DNA of 35,662 nt from an uncultured Gammaproteobacteria bacterium (GCA_964439585.1 CAYTOP010000005.1:1-35662); one strand, 5' to 3'. Counted from the first letter of the stretch, positions 1 through 8,608 are shown. The notes: a model not told the origin generated them from the sequence alone. Numbers and translations are program-made.

Positions 1-507
1 CTTAAAAATCCACCCTAAATCAGATCTCTCTTGCAAAGTTCCAAATCCTGCATGGCCATCAAGCTTACCCAACTCAAGCAGGTCATTTACGCGAATCGAT
101 GCGATTGTACACAGCTCATCACGCTTATTTAAAGCATTAACACCCAGCTCTTTCCTTCTAGTATTGACCGCCTCCCAAAGTTCCGGCCCCCCCCAGTTTA
201 CTTTATAGCCATATGAATTGTTGTTAGGTATGGCTTTCTGAGTCGGTGTTGGCTGATTTTTTGTGGGGGAAGGAGTGGTCGTTGGTTGTGGAGAAGTACG
301 GGCAAAAGGTTCAGTCTTGGCTATTATTGACCGAAATATTTGGGTGTGTTCATCAATTTTTCCCTGACTATAACCAACCAGATACGTTGTTTGTACAACA
401 AAAACCGCAAGAGATAAAATAAGTGCAATAAGGAATATCTTGCCAATACCCAAAAACACCTTGTTCCAATAGTCCTTATTACCAAACCTAATATTTTTCA
501 ACCTCAT
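1..507 (-). CDS. Membrane-anchored CAP/SCP (PR-1/YkwD-like) domain protein, C-terminal part cut by window edge
   Basis: Absent from the ORF track because it runs off the window. The reverse-strand ATG at 507-505 overlaps the dtd stop (tcat at 504-507 = ATGA). My translation MRLKNIRFGNKDYWNKVFLGIGKIFLIALILSLAVFVV... shows one TM helix and a Pro/Thr linker (SPQPTTTPSPTKNQPTPTQK). It continues WEAVNTRRKELGVNALNKRDELCTIASIRVNDLLELGKLDGHAGF, which resembles the start of CAP-type domains. The frame is open to base 1. Confidence 0.6.
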   Translation of the reverse strand, partial: MRLKNIRFGNKDYWNKVFLGIGKIFLIALILSLAVFVVQTTYLVGYSQGKIDEHTQIFRSIIAKTEPFARTSPQPTTTPSPTKNQPTPTQKAIPNNNSYGYKVNWGGPELWEAVNTRRKELGVNALNKRDELCTIASIRVNDLLELGKLDGHAGFGTLQERSDLGWIFK

Positions 508-947
508 CTTTCAAGCAAAATAGTGACTGGCCCATCTAAATCACAATCCAGCCGCATGTATTCCCCAAAACTCCCCGTTTCCACTCTTACATTCGCCTCC
601 TTAAGTTTCCCCACAAAATAGCCGTACAAATACTCCGCCTTAGATGGTTCCTCCGCACTAGTAAAAGAAGGCCTGTTGCCCTTGGCAGTATCTGCATAAA
701 GCGTAAATTGAGATACAACAAGCAGGGCTGCATTGACATTAACTATTGATAAATTCATTTTGTTGCTATTATCACTCATTATCCTAAGATTTAATAGCTT
801 CCCGACTAGATAGTCAGCATCTTTTTCTGTATCCGTCTTTCCAATACCCAAAAGCACCAAGAGCCCTTTTTCAATCTTTCCTACAGTTTTCCCACTTTTT
901 ACCTCAGTAACTCTTGCGCTATTTACTCTTTGGACAACTAATTTCAT
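504..947 (-). CDS. dtd: D-aminoacyl-tRNA deacylase
   Basis: 147 aa with an MKLVVQRV start. The SQFTLYADTAKGNRPSF motif and the size are typical of Dtd. Confidence 0.93.
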   Translation of the reverse strand: MKLVVQRVNSARVTEVKSGKTVGKIEKGLLVLLGIGKTDTEKDADYLVGKLLNLRIMSDNSNKMNLSIVNVNAALLVVSQFTLYADTAKGNRPSFTSAEEPSKAEYLYGYFVGKLKEANVRVETGSFGEYMRLDCDLDGPVTILLER

Positions 948-948
948 G

Positions 949-1236
949 CTATTTAGTCATATTAGTATCTTTTTTTTCGTAATTATCATCCTCAATGGTA
1001 ACTTGGATATCGTTTTGATCATCCTCACCATTATTTTTCTTCTCCAAAAGGTCCCAAAAGGATTTAATAAGGTAAACTATCCACCCCAACACAATTGCCA
1101 AAAAAATTATATTTATAAGCAAGCCCTCAACGTGCAAAAAAGCATACAACGCCCCAATTACAAAAATAAACAAAAAGCCGATAAAGAAAGTAAAATATTC
1201 AGCAATCACTCTTAACACATTTCTAACAATAGCCAT
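949..1236 (-). CDS. Small membrane protein (two predicted TM helices, acidic tail), unknown function
   Basis: 95-aa ORF with a hydrophobic N-terminal two thirds. Its stop at 949 abuts the dtd start at 947, suggesting an operon. I recognise no family. Confidence 0.55.
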   Translation of the reverse strand: MAIVRNVLRVIAEYFTFFIGFLFIFVIGALYAFLHVEGLLINIIFLAIVLGWIVYLIKSFWDLLEKKNNGEDDQNDIQVTIEDDNYEKKDTNMTK

Positions 1237-1305
1237 AAGTCAACACCTTAAGTATAAAATACTGAAGCTACAATTGTTAGGTGAAGTATTTATTGGTAAA
1301 TACAT

Positions 1306-1413
1306 CTACTTACATTGCAAGATAGTCAAGATGTCGGTGTCCTTAGGACGATATTGTAATGCCTCAGCAAGATGAGAGGTGCAAAATTTCAAAATTAACT
1401 TAAATCTTGTAAA
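1306..1413 (-). pseudogene. Relic 3'-end fragment of a yifB/comM-type gene (displaced gene end)
   Basis: The reverse strand reads ...RFKLILKFC-TSHLAEALQYRPKD-TDILTILQCK*, with the stop at 1306-1308 and an in-frame TAA at 1414-1416. The central 43 nt are identical to the end of the intact gene at 2594-4132, and the flanks are only partly similar. Confidence 0.55.
1338..1380. repeat. Direct repeat copy 1 (43/43 identical to 2608-2650)
   Basis: tgtccttaggacgatattgtaatgcctcagcaagatgagaggt occurs at both sites in the same orientation, offset by 1270 bp. Confidence 0.95.
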
Positions 1414-1465
1414 TTACATTTTACTTCCTTAAAGAAGTTGGTCGAGTGGACAAGCTATAGAACTC

Positions 1466-2407
1466 TCAAGGTTTTTTTGCCAAGATTGTCAATATCTCCC
1501 CCCTCCCTATTAACGGCTCTATAAACGCAATTAATCCAGAAACCACCTTACACACGTCTACCCCAATTTGCTTAACTAAAGATTGTTTATTCTTTTCTCC
1601 ACTAACATTGGATTTAATTAAAGGTTTTTCAACTTTTCTGGTTACAGAAAACCTCGGTGAAAGAGACCTGCGGAAGCTCTCAAAAAGAACTGCGTAATTA
1701 TGTCTATAGAAATTTTGGGAAATTTTAACGATTTTAAATCCTGATTGATTCAACAACACACCCAAGGTTTCAGGATTAAACTGATATAAATGTCTTGGAA
1801 CATCCATTCCATACCACTTTTTTCGAAAAAGAAGTGATCCAATACCGTCGATATTCGGACAAGAAATTAGAACACAACCCCCTTTCTTGACAATCCGCGA
1901 TACCTTGTTTAGACTCTCTACTGGTTTATGAAGATGCTCTATTACATTATTTAATACGACCAGGTCAAAGTATTTATCCTTAAAATCTATATCAAGTAAA
2001 TCATCCTTCTTTAGACTAATCCCAAACTTTGTCTTTGCAATTCTTCTACCGACGTTTGCTGGTTCAAGACCATCAACCTCCCAACCCCTTTTTTTAAATT
2101 CGGTTAAAAAAAGTCCAGTACCTGCACCTATATCAAAAACTTTTCCTTTTTTTACTTTCGCCACTTTAAAAACCATGTCATATAGAAAGGAATACTTTTG
2201 TCTTGCATTAGAAGTATCTGAGAAATAATTTGAACCTGAGTAATACTTACCAATCTGACTCTCTCTTGGCCTGGGATTAATATATACAAGACCGCACTTG
2301 GTACACTTAACTAAAGTAAATTCTTCATCAAATTCAGGACTTTTTATATTATTTAGAAACGTGTCGTATTCTCTCCACCCACAAAGGTCACAAAAAATTT
2401 TTTCCAT
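1466..2407 (-). CDS. Class I SAM-dependent methyltransferase with N-terminal Zn-ribbon
   Basis: 313 aa. CDLCG...CTKCG forms a four-Cys ribbon. VFDIGAGTGLF is a motif I glycine loop, followed by DLVVLNNVIEHL. Confidence 0.8.
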   Translation of the reverse strand: MEKIFCDLCGWREYDTFLNNIKSPEFDEEFTLVKCTKCGLVYINPRPRESQIGKYYSGSNYFSDTSNARQKYSFLYDMVFKVAKVKKGKVFDIGAGTGLFLTEFKKRGWEVDGLEPANVGRRIAKTKFGISLKKDDLLDIDFKDKYFDLVVLNNVIEHLHKPVESLNKVSRIVKKGGCVLISCPNIDGIGSLLFRKKWYGMDVPRHLYQFNPETLGVLLNQSGFKIVKISQNFYRHNYAVLFESFRRSLSPRFSVTRKVEKPLIKSNVSGEKNKQSLVKQIGVDVCKVVSGLIAFIEPLIGRGEILTILAKKP

Positions 2408-2593
2408 AAACGGATGTTTTTCTAATTAAACCTTTCCAAGTCTACTATTACAACTCAAATCTTAATACTCATCATGATTTTTTCCAACCATTATTTATAG
2501 TCCTTACAAAATACCATCATCCTGAGGTCTATATTGAAAAGTTTCGGTATTTCGGCTCGCTCCCTCCAGAGGCGGGCAGGCAGGAATTCGGCG

Positions 2594-4132
2594 TTACAAT
2601 AAATCATTGTCCTTAGGACGATATTGTAATGCCTCAGCAAGATGAGAGGTTGAAATTTTGGAATCATTGGAAAGATCTGCAATAGTCCGGGCGATTTTAA
2701 TGACTTTGAAATATGACCTGGCAGTTAGATTCATTGAGGCAGTTGCAGATATCATCATTGTGCGACACTCGGGAGATAGGGAACAATACTTTTTCACTTC
2801 CCTTGTACCCATTTCAGCATTAGAAGCCAATTTTGTTCCTTTAAGTCTTTTGGTTTGGATATTACGGGCTGTCTGTACTCTTTTTTGTATTGTCTTGGAA
2901 TTCTCACTTCTTTCATTTTTACCTTCGCTTACCAACTTTTGGGTTTCAACTGAAGGTACGTCAACGTGTACATCAATTCTATCCAGTATCGGACCAGAAA
3001 TTCTTTTTTGGTATCTCTGGATTTGACCAGGCAAACACTTACACTGCTTTTTACTATCTCCAAAATACCCACACGGGCAGGGATTTGAGGCTGCCACAAG
3101 TAAAAATTGTGCAGGATAGGTTACTGTCCCCTTCGCTCGAGATATTGTTACTCTACCATCCTCAATTGGCTGGCGTAAGCTTTCCAAAACGTGCCTTGGA
3201 AATTCCGGAAACTCGTCCAAAAACAAAACTCCACGGTGCGCTAGGGAGACCTCTCCTGGTGCGGGATTAGTTCCTCCTCCAATAAGCCCAATTCGGCTGG
3301 TTGTGTGGTGTGGACTTCTAAATGGCCGTGTTATCACAATAGCCTCTCCTGGAGAAAGATTGCCTGTTATTGAATATATTTTGGTTACTTCCAAAGCCTC
3401 GTTTTCAGTCATAGTTGGTAAAATTCCAGGCAAGGCTCTCGCAAGCATGGTCTTTCCGCTCCCTGGCGTACCTTTCATAAAGATGTTATGTCCCCCTGCG
3501 GCAACTATTTCCAATGCCCGTTTTACGTGTTCTTGCCCCACCACTTCAGAAAAATCAAACTCTGCTTCTGAGGTTTTTAACAAAGTTGTCAAACTAATCT
3601 TTTTTGCGGGCATAATCTCATTCGTTTTATTGAAAAATCTAATTAGCTCAAGAAGAGACTCGATAGGATAAACTGTTATTCCCCCGACAACCGCAGCCTC
3701 TTCTTGATTTACTTTTGGAATAAAAATTTTTTTGAAGCCTTTCTCTCTGGCCAAATATGCCATCGGCAAAATGCCGTTGGTGTGCCGAAGGCCACCATCA
3801 AGAGAAAGCTCACCGAAAAACAAACTGTCGGAAGTCTCAGGGTTTATTTGCCCCGATGCTATTATAATCCCAAGCGCTATGGGGAGGTCATACGCCGGAC
3901 CCATTTTCGGTAAGTCGGCAGGTGCCAAATTTACTGTAATTCTTGATATTGGAAAATCGGCACCCGTATTTTTTATGGCCGAGCGGACTCTTTCCTTTGA
4001 CTCCTCAACTGCTTTATCTGGAAGTCCTACAACAGTAAATGAAGGTAAACCTTGGTCTGCGATATCAACCTCAACGTCAATGGGTGTTGCATTTAACCCA
4101 ACTGTAGCACCAGAAGTAACCTTGGCAAGCAT
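2594..4132 (-). CDS. comM: YifB/ComM family Mg-chelatase-like AAA+ ATPase
   Basis: 512 aa with an MLAKV... start. It has an N-terminal Lon-protease-like region, a Walker A (GTPGSGKTMLA) and a Walker B (VLFLDEFPEF). A CPCGY...CKC Zn motif and the C-terminal ...HLAEALQYR are also present. Confidence 0.92.
   Translation of the reverse strand: MLAKVTSGATVGLNATPIDVEVDIADQGLPSFTVVGLPDKAVEESKERVRSAIKNTGADFPISRITVNLAPADLPKMGPAYDLPIALGIIIASGQINPETSDSLFFGELSLDGGLRHTNGILPMAYLAREKGFKKIFIPKVNQEEAAVVGGITVYPIESLLELIRFFNKTNEIMPAKKISLTTLLKTSEAEFDFSEVVGQEHVKRALEIVAAGGHNIFMKGTPGSGKTMLARALPGILPTMTENEALEVTKIYSITGNLSPGEAIVITRPFRSPHHTTSRIGLIGGGTNPAPGEVSLAHRGVLFLDEFPEFPRHVLESLRQPIEDGRVTISRAKGTVTYPAQFLLVAASNPCPCGYFGDSKKQCKCLPGQIQRYQKRISGPILDRIDVHVDVPSVETQKLVSEGKNERSENSKTIQKRVQTARNIQTKRLKGTKLASNAEMGTREVKKYCSLSPECRTMMISATASMNLTARSYFKVIKIARTIADLSNDSKISTSHLAEALQYRPKDNDLL
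2608..2650. repeat. Direct repeat copy 2 (inside the last codons of comM)
   Basis: Identical 43-mer to 1338-1380. It encodes TSHLAEALQYRPKD of the intact gene. Confidence 0.95.
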
Positions 4133-4228
4133 TACTTTAATATATCAGGAACTTTCTTCTCCTGATACCTTAATCGGCTTAAAATCGGTTACGTGTTCAC
4201 GAGTGATATAATTGTTAAATACCGCTAA

Positions 4229-4636
4229 ATGAAAAAAATCTTAATCGTCGAAGACGATGAATCTTTAAGACAAATGTATAAACAGGTGTTTGTAAACTCC
4301 GGGTATGCTGTTGACGAGGCTGTTGATCCAAACAAATCGCTAGAACTTTTAAAAGAAAACTCTTACAATGTGATCCTTCTAGATTTACTTTTTCCCAGCA
4401 TGGATGGTGTAGACGTAGTAAGAACTATTAAATCTGATGTTACCAAAAACTCAACTACCCCGATTATCATTCTGACAAATTTAACCCACGATAAAAAAAT
4501 TAAAAAGGTAATGCAACTAGGAGCATATAAATGTCTTTTTAAAGCAGAGCACACACCCAAAACCATATTCAAAGAAGTAGACGCAATAATTAAAGACAAT
4601 AATACAAACGACGATAAAGAACAGAACAATGAGTAA
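4229..4636 (+). CDS. Stand-alone response-regulator receiver (CheY-like), no output domain
   Basis: 135 aa. KILIVEDDESL is followed by the phospho-acceptor context ILLDLLFPSMDG, then LTNL and a conserved Lys region. It is a paralog of 6908-7318 and 8198-8596. Confidence 0.85.
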   Translation: MKKILIVEDDESLRQMYKQVFVNSGYAVDEAVDPNKSLELLKENSYNVILLDLLFPSMDGVDVVRTIKSDVTKNSTTPIIILTNLTHDKKIKKVMQLGAYKCLFKAEHTPKTIFKEVDAIIKDNNTNDDKEQNNE

Positions 4637-4886
4637 ACTTCGAGGATCATTTTTACTAATGTTTACCGGAGCTTTGGAAATCTACAACGATCATGTTGAG
4701 GTTAAACGCGCGTTTGGTGTTACATCAGAACTAATTCCATATGCCAACATTCTCAATGTTTACATAAATACCCAAACATCGGGAATAACAATAGAAACGG
4801 ACAGTGGTCACAAGATCGGAATGCGCTTCTGGAATACTAAAAGTGCGATAAAAGCTCGTGACGTATTAGCTTCAATGATGCGCTAA
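4629..4886 (+). CDS. Small hypothetical protein, translationally coupled to the receiver gene
   Basis: 85 aa. Its ATG at 4629 overlaps the receiver stop (4634-4636) by 8 nt. I recognise no motif; the pattern is beta-rich and could be PH-like, which is a guess. Confidence 0.5.
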   Translation: MSKLRGSFLLMFTGALEIYNDHVEVKRAFGVTSELIPYANILNVYINTQTSGITIETDSGHKIGMRFWNTKSAIKARDVLASMMR

Positions 4887-4888
4887 AA

Positions 4889-5125
4889 TTATCTCCTAAA
4901 CAGAAGGCTAAATACAAATATTATTAAAAGAAGTGGTAGAACAGAGGAAAAGCCAAAAACCAACCAATAGTACTTAGATTTATCCTTAAAAAAATTTTTT
5001 AGTACTTTGAAGTTAAGACCAATTAAGGCACTGACTACTACTATAAATCCGGCAAAAGCGCTATATTTCAAAAAAATTATAATCTTAATTGGAACTATGG
5101 GTGCTCCGTATATTTCCCAGTGCAT
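4889..5125 (-). CDS. Small membrane protein (2-3 TM), unknown function
   Basis: 78 aa and strongly hydrophobic. It is convergent with 4629-4886, with only 2 nt between the stops. Confidence 0.5.
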   Translation of the reverse strand: MHWEIYGAPIVPIKIIIFLKYSAFAGFIVVVSALIGLNFKVLKNFFKDKSKYYWLVFGFSSVLPLLLIIFVFSLLFRR

Positions 5126-5200
5126 ATGAAACTAATTCTAACGTTTTTTATTCGGTAGCTCAATTTTACTAATTTTTTTCATTGCTCAAAAAATCCAGCT

Positions 5201-5229
5201 TTGACGTCATGTTTATTACTAGCTAATAT
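5201..5229 (+). promoter_or_regulatory. Sigma-70-like promoter upstream of the phosphorylase gene
   Basis: TTGACG (5201-5206), a 17-nt spacer and TAATAT (5224-5229) lie 15 nt before the ATG at 5245. The leader would be very short and has no Shine-Dalgarno. Confidence 0.4.
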
Positions 5230-5244
5230 AAATACAGACCAAAT

Positions 5245-6882
5245 ATGATTTTTAAAGATATCACTAATCCTGTAGTATATCTAAGTTCGGAATTTGCTAT
5301 CGATAATGACCTCCCAACCTATGCGGGAGGTCTAGGAATTCTGGCAGGAGACTATATCAACGAGGCAGCGCAAGAGCAGTTTCAAATGATTGGAATTGGA
5401 ATCCTTTATAAGGGCAAGGACTTTCTACAGCACATTACACAAGATGGAAAAGCGCAAACTCGAGATTCTGAATTTGATCACGATGTTTCTTTTCTGAGAC
5501 CAACAACAGTTAATGGCCTCCCGCTAATTTTTACTCTTGACGTGGGTGATGTAAAAGTTGAAGTTAAGTCTTACCATACAAGATTATCAGACACCTCTGT
5601 TCTTTTTTTCTTATCCACAGACGTTGACGGCAATCCTCCCGAGTGGGTCGCTGACATGGATACGCTTTATCGAGGGGACACGGACAGTCAAATCAGACAG
5701 CAAATTCTTCTGGGTGTGGGTGGAGTAAAACTAATTGACAAACTCGGACTAAAACCGAGATTTTACCACATTAACGAAGGCAGACCTGAATTTATCATCT
5801 GGGAACTTTGTAAAAATATAATGCAAAATGAAGGCAAAACTTTTGAAAACGCCTGGCGGACAGCCCAAGAGACGATTATTTATACGAACCACACACTCGT
5901 TTCAGCAGGAAATATGGCTTATCCGAAAGACAATATTAAATATTGGGCAACTTCTTTTGCAAAGGAAATGAAAGTTGATAACGACGCACTTGTCAAAGAT
6001 GGCATTACGGGAAGTGGATCTTTCAGCACAACACTATTTGCCCTAAATATAAGTAAAAGGCAAAATGCAGTAAGCAAAGTTCACGGTGACTACGCAAAAA
6101 AAGAATGGCCAAATTATAACTGGATATCGATAACAAACGGTGTCAATCTTTTTCGATGGCAAGATAGCGACTTTAGAAGAAGTACGCAAACTGATTTTGA
6201 TATTTGGAAACTTCACCAACTCAAGAAAAGAGAATTAGTAAAAACTGTCATAGAAAGAACAGGCTATGGCTATAATCCCGAGAGACTGGTAATTGCTTGG
6301 GCAAGACGGCTGGCAGAATACAAACAGCCTAGAGCAATCTTTTCTGACATCAAAAAACTTAAAGATATTATTTCTCAACAAGATCGTACCGTTCAAATCC
6401 TTTACGCAGGAAATTCACACTCATCGGATCCCAATGCGAAATCAATAATCGAGGAGATTATTCAAATCTTTTCGAGAGAGCTAAGTGGATATGCAATTTT
6501 TGTTCCTAACTACAACATGTCATTGGCCAACAACCTCACATCTGGTGTTGATGTTTGGTTAAATACACCAAAAGGCAACTTAGAAGCTTGTGGAACCTCC
6601 GGAATGAAGGCAATTTCAAACGGAGTATTAAACTGTACAGTTTTGGATGGTTGGACGTACGAAGCTGACTGGACAGATATCGGCTGGGTACTTGACCCAA
6701 ACAATGTCGGTGACAGCTTTTATACAATTCTAAAGGAACAAATTATCCCTACTTTCTACAATAGAAATTCCGACAATTTACCAGAAGAGTGGATCCAAAA
6801 AATGCGGAAGTCTATCAAACTGGCAAACCAATTCAGTACAGAAAGAATGCTTAAAGAGTATTCGGAAAAAATTTACAAGTAG
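5245..6882 (+). CDS. glgP: Alpha-glucan (glycogen/maltodextrin) phosphorylase, GT35 short form
   Basis: 545 aa. The N-terminal YLSSEFAI...PTYAGGLGILAGDY and the PLP-lysine context EACGTSGMKA are present. Confidence 0.85.
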   Translation: MIFKDITNPVVYLSSEFAIDNDLPTYAGGLGILAGDYINEAAQEQFQMIGIGILYKGKDFLQHITQDGKAQTRDSEFDHDVSFLRPTTVNGLPLIFTLDVGDVKVEVKSYHTRLSDTSVLFFLSTDVDGNPPEWVADMDTLYRGDTDSQIRQQILLGVGGVKLIDKLGLKPRFYHINEGRPEFIIWELCKNIMQNEGKTFENAWRTAQETIIYTNHTLVSAGNMAYPKDNIKYWATSFAKEMKVDNDALVKDGITGSGSFSTTLFALNISKRQNAVSKVHGDYAKKEWPNYNWISITNGVNLFRWQDSDFRRSTQTDFDIWKLHQLKKRELVKTVIERTGYGYNPERLVIAWARRLAEYKQPRAIFSDIKKLKDIISQQDRTVQILYAGNSHSSDPNAKSIIEEIIQIFSRELSGYAIFVPNYNMSLANNLTSGVDVWLNTPKGNLEACGTSGMKAISNGVLNCTVLDGWTYEADWTDIGWVLDPNNVGDSFYTILKEQIIPTFYNRNSDNLPEEWIQKMRKSIKLANQFSTERMLKEYSEKIYK

Positions 6883-6907
6883 TTCTAAAGTGTCTTTTGG
6901 AATTGGG

Positions 6908-7318
6908 CTAAATAATATATTTTTTTACAACTTCAACAACCTGCTCAGGAGTTTGCATTGCTTTTGCTAGATATTCCTTGACACCCAATTTTATGGCTTT
7001 ATCTCTTTCCTCTGCCTCGGTAAGATTTGAAAGTGCGACAACTGGGGTATTTTTACCCTTCATAGTTTGCCTAAATCGGGCTAGGAAATCGGTCCCTGAC
7101 ATCTTAGGAAGCATAATATCCAAAAGAATTATATTGGGAGAACCTTGCTCGGTTAATTTTAAGGCTTCCTCGCCATCGCGGGCAGTAATAACTTTAAAAC
7201 CCTCAAAAGTAAATTTCTCTGTGTACATTTTTAGAAGTACGGGATCATCATCAACAATAAGCACCATAGGTGTAGTTTCTGGTTTAGTTACAGCTGGACT
7301 GTCAGTCGGATTTGCCAT
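6908..7318 (-). CDS. Stand-alone response-regulator receiver (CheY-like)
   Basis: 136 aa with VLIVDDDPVLLKMY, ILLDIMLPKMSG and ALSNL. It is close to 8198-8596 along its full length. Confidence 0.85.
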   Translation of the reverse strand: MANPTDSPAVTKPETTPMVLIVDDDPVLLKMYTEKFTFEGFKVITARDGEEALKLTEQGSPNIILLDIMLPKMSGTDFLARFRQTMKGKNTPVVALSNLTEAEERDKAIKLGVKEYLAKAMQTPEQVVEVVKKYII

Positions 7319-7415
7319 AGCTTTATATTAGTAAGTAGTTATTACTTTTCAAACACATGAGCCCCTACTTACCTAATTTATATTAGCACAAGTTATATGA
7401 AATTTGGCCATTTAA

Positions 7416-7517
7416 TGACAGCCTCCCTAAGCTTACGATTGGGGTTTCTTCTAAAGAAGAATGACACAGAAGCGGGGCTTGGCACTGCTTTCTCATTGTC
7501 AGAAACCAATTCATTCC
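7416..7517. repeat. Conserved structured intergenic element, copy A (inverted relative to copy B at 27919-28042)
   Basis: Core 7477-7502 (gcttggcactgctttctcattgtcag) matches the reverse complement of 27935-27960 at 24 of 26 positions. Further shared blocks are tgaca[g/t]cctccc, gtttct, aaga..atgaca and caatt.att.cc. Confidence 0.6.
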
Positions 7518-7607
7518 ACAAGCATACGCTCGGAGTTATCTTGGGATCTGTCATAAACTAACGACTTTACAGTTGGGGTTTTATCGCGATAAAATACTAA
7601 TATATTC

Positions 7608-8201
7608 ATGAAAAAATTAGCATTCAGTTTTCTTTTCGCCATACTAGGTTTTTTTGCCCTAACGACAAGAATATCAAAAGCGGACGGCACAGTCGAACTT
7701 CGTAACACGAATGGTCGAAACGACAGGTGTTATGTTTACTTTCAACAAATGCAAGACAAGACCATACCCATGCTAGTAAGTTGTAGAGAATTGCTTTATC
7801 CGGCCGATTCTACACTTTTTACTTATGTTCTTTGGGGCATCCCAACAGCAGGTGGTGAACCTTTTAAAATTGGTCCGCTGGGCTATGGCAAATCAAGTTT
7901 TACTACTAAGGACGCGTTTACCACACTTTTCGTTACCGCGGAAACTGATGAAAAAGTAAGAACTCCATCAGGCGATATTGTGATGCAAGGTCCTGTTCAA
8001 TCAATCACCTTCCTAGATAGACCGACTACCCCAACACCAGGGCCAAGTGGTGAAATAACTGCAGTACCAACAGTAACAATAGAAAAACTGACAACTCAGC
8101 AACGGTTAATCCTTGGTTTGAGGAGAGCAGGTTTAATATCGCTTCTTGCACTCGTTGCGGTAATTGGGCTAGTTTTTGTGGTTACAAGATCAAGGGCTTA
8201 A
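7608..8201 (+). CDS. Secreted protein with signal peptide and C-terminal TM anchor; ectodomain possibly RskA-like
   Basis: 197 aa. It has a signal peptide (MKKLAFSFLFAILGFFALTTRISKA), a Pro/Thr linker and a C-terminal helix with a basic tail (LISLLALVAVIGLVFVVTRSRA). The segment YVLWGIPTAGGEPFKIGPLG...LFVTAETDEK recalls anti-sigma-K RskA C-terminal domains; this is recalled from memory, not searched. Confidence 0.55.
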   Translation: MKKLAFSFLFAILGFFALTTRISKADGTVELRNTNGRNDRCYVYFQQMQDKTIPMLVSCRELLYPADSTLFTYVLWGIPTAGGEPFKIGPLGYGKSSFTTKDAFTTLFVTAETDEKVRTPSGDIVMQGPVQSITFLDRPTTPTPGPSGEITAVPTVTIEKLTTQQRLILGLRRAGLISLLALVAVIGLVFVVTRSRA

Positions 8202-8596
8202 GATTTAATATCTCTTCTAATTTTCGAAACAAGCTCAGTTGGAGTAATGTTTACCTTTATTAGATAGTCATTTACACCTAATTTTTGTGCTTTTTGTTTA
8301 TCCTCCTCACCCGACAAGTTCGTTGCAATAATTACCGGAATTTTTTTGCCCTTTGGAGTATTTCGCAACGCCTCAAGCAAATCTATACCAGAAAGCCTAG
8401 GCATCATTATGTCAAGTAGAATTAGGTCTACTTCTTCTTCCATAGCCATTTTAAGACCGGTTTGCCCATCATTTGCAATAAGGATATCAAACCCCTCGTG
8501 GGTAAATTTCGTCTTGTACATAGTAACTAACAAGGGGTCGTCCTCAACGAGCAGTATTGAAGGCTTCTTATTTGTATCTTCTTTCAAATTTTCCAT
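8198..8596 (-). CDS. Stand-alone response-regulator receiver (CheY-like), last gene of the kinase operon
   Basis: 132 aa with ILLVEDDPLLVTMY, LILLDIMMPRLSG and ATNL. Its start lies 12 nt after the kinase stop. Confidence 0.85.
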   Translation of the reverse strand: MENLKEDTNKKPSILLVEDDPLLVTMYKTKFTHEGFDILIANDGQTGLKMAMEEEVDLILLDIMMPRLSGIDLLEALRNTPKGKKIPVIIATNLSGEEDKQKAQKLGVNDYLIKVNITPTELVSKIRRDIKS

Positions 8597-8608
8597 TTAA
8601 GCTGTAAC

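Noticed and set aside
2491-2682. 63-aa minus-strand ORF spanning the comM stop region.
   Set aside because: It is out of frame with, and overlapping, the comM C-terminus. It is produced partly by the duplicated 43-mer and has no supporting signals.
2658-4211. Plus-strand ORFs 2658-3026, 2890-3270, 3303-3671, 3704-3913 and 3732-4211.
   Set aside because: All lie antisense to the well-supported comM gene. They have low-complexity, motif-free translations and no start context. They are typical shadow ORFs.
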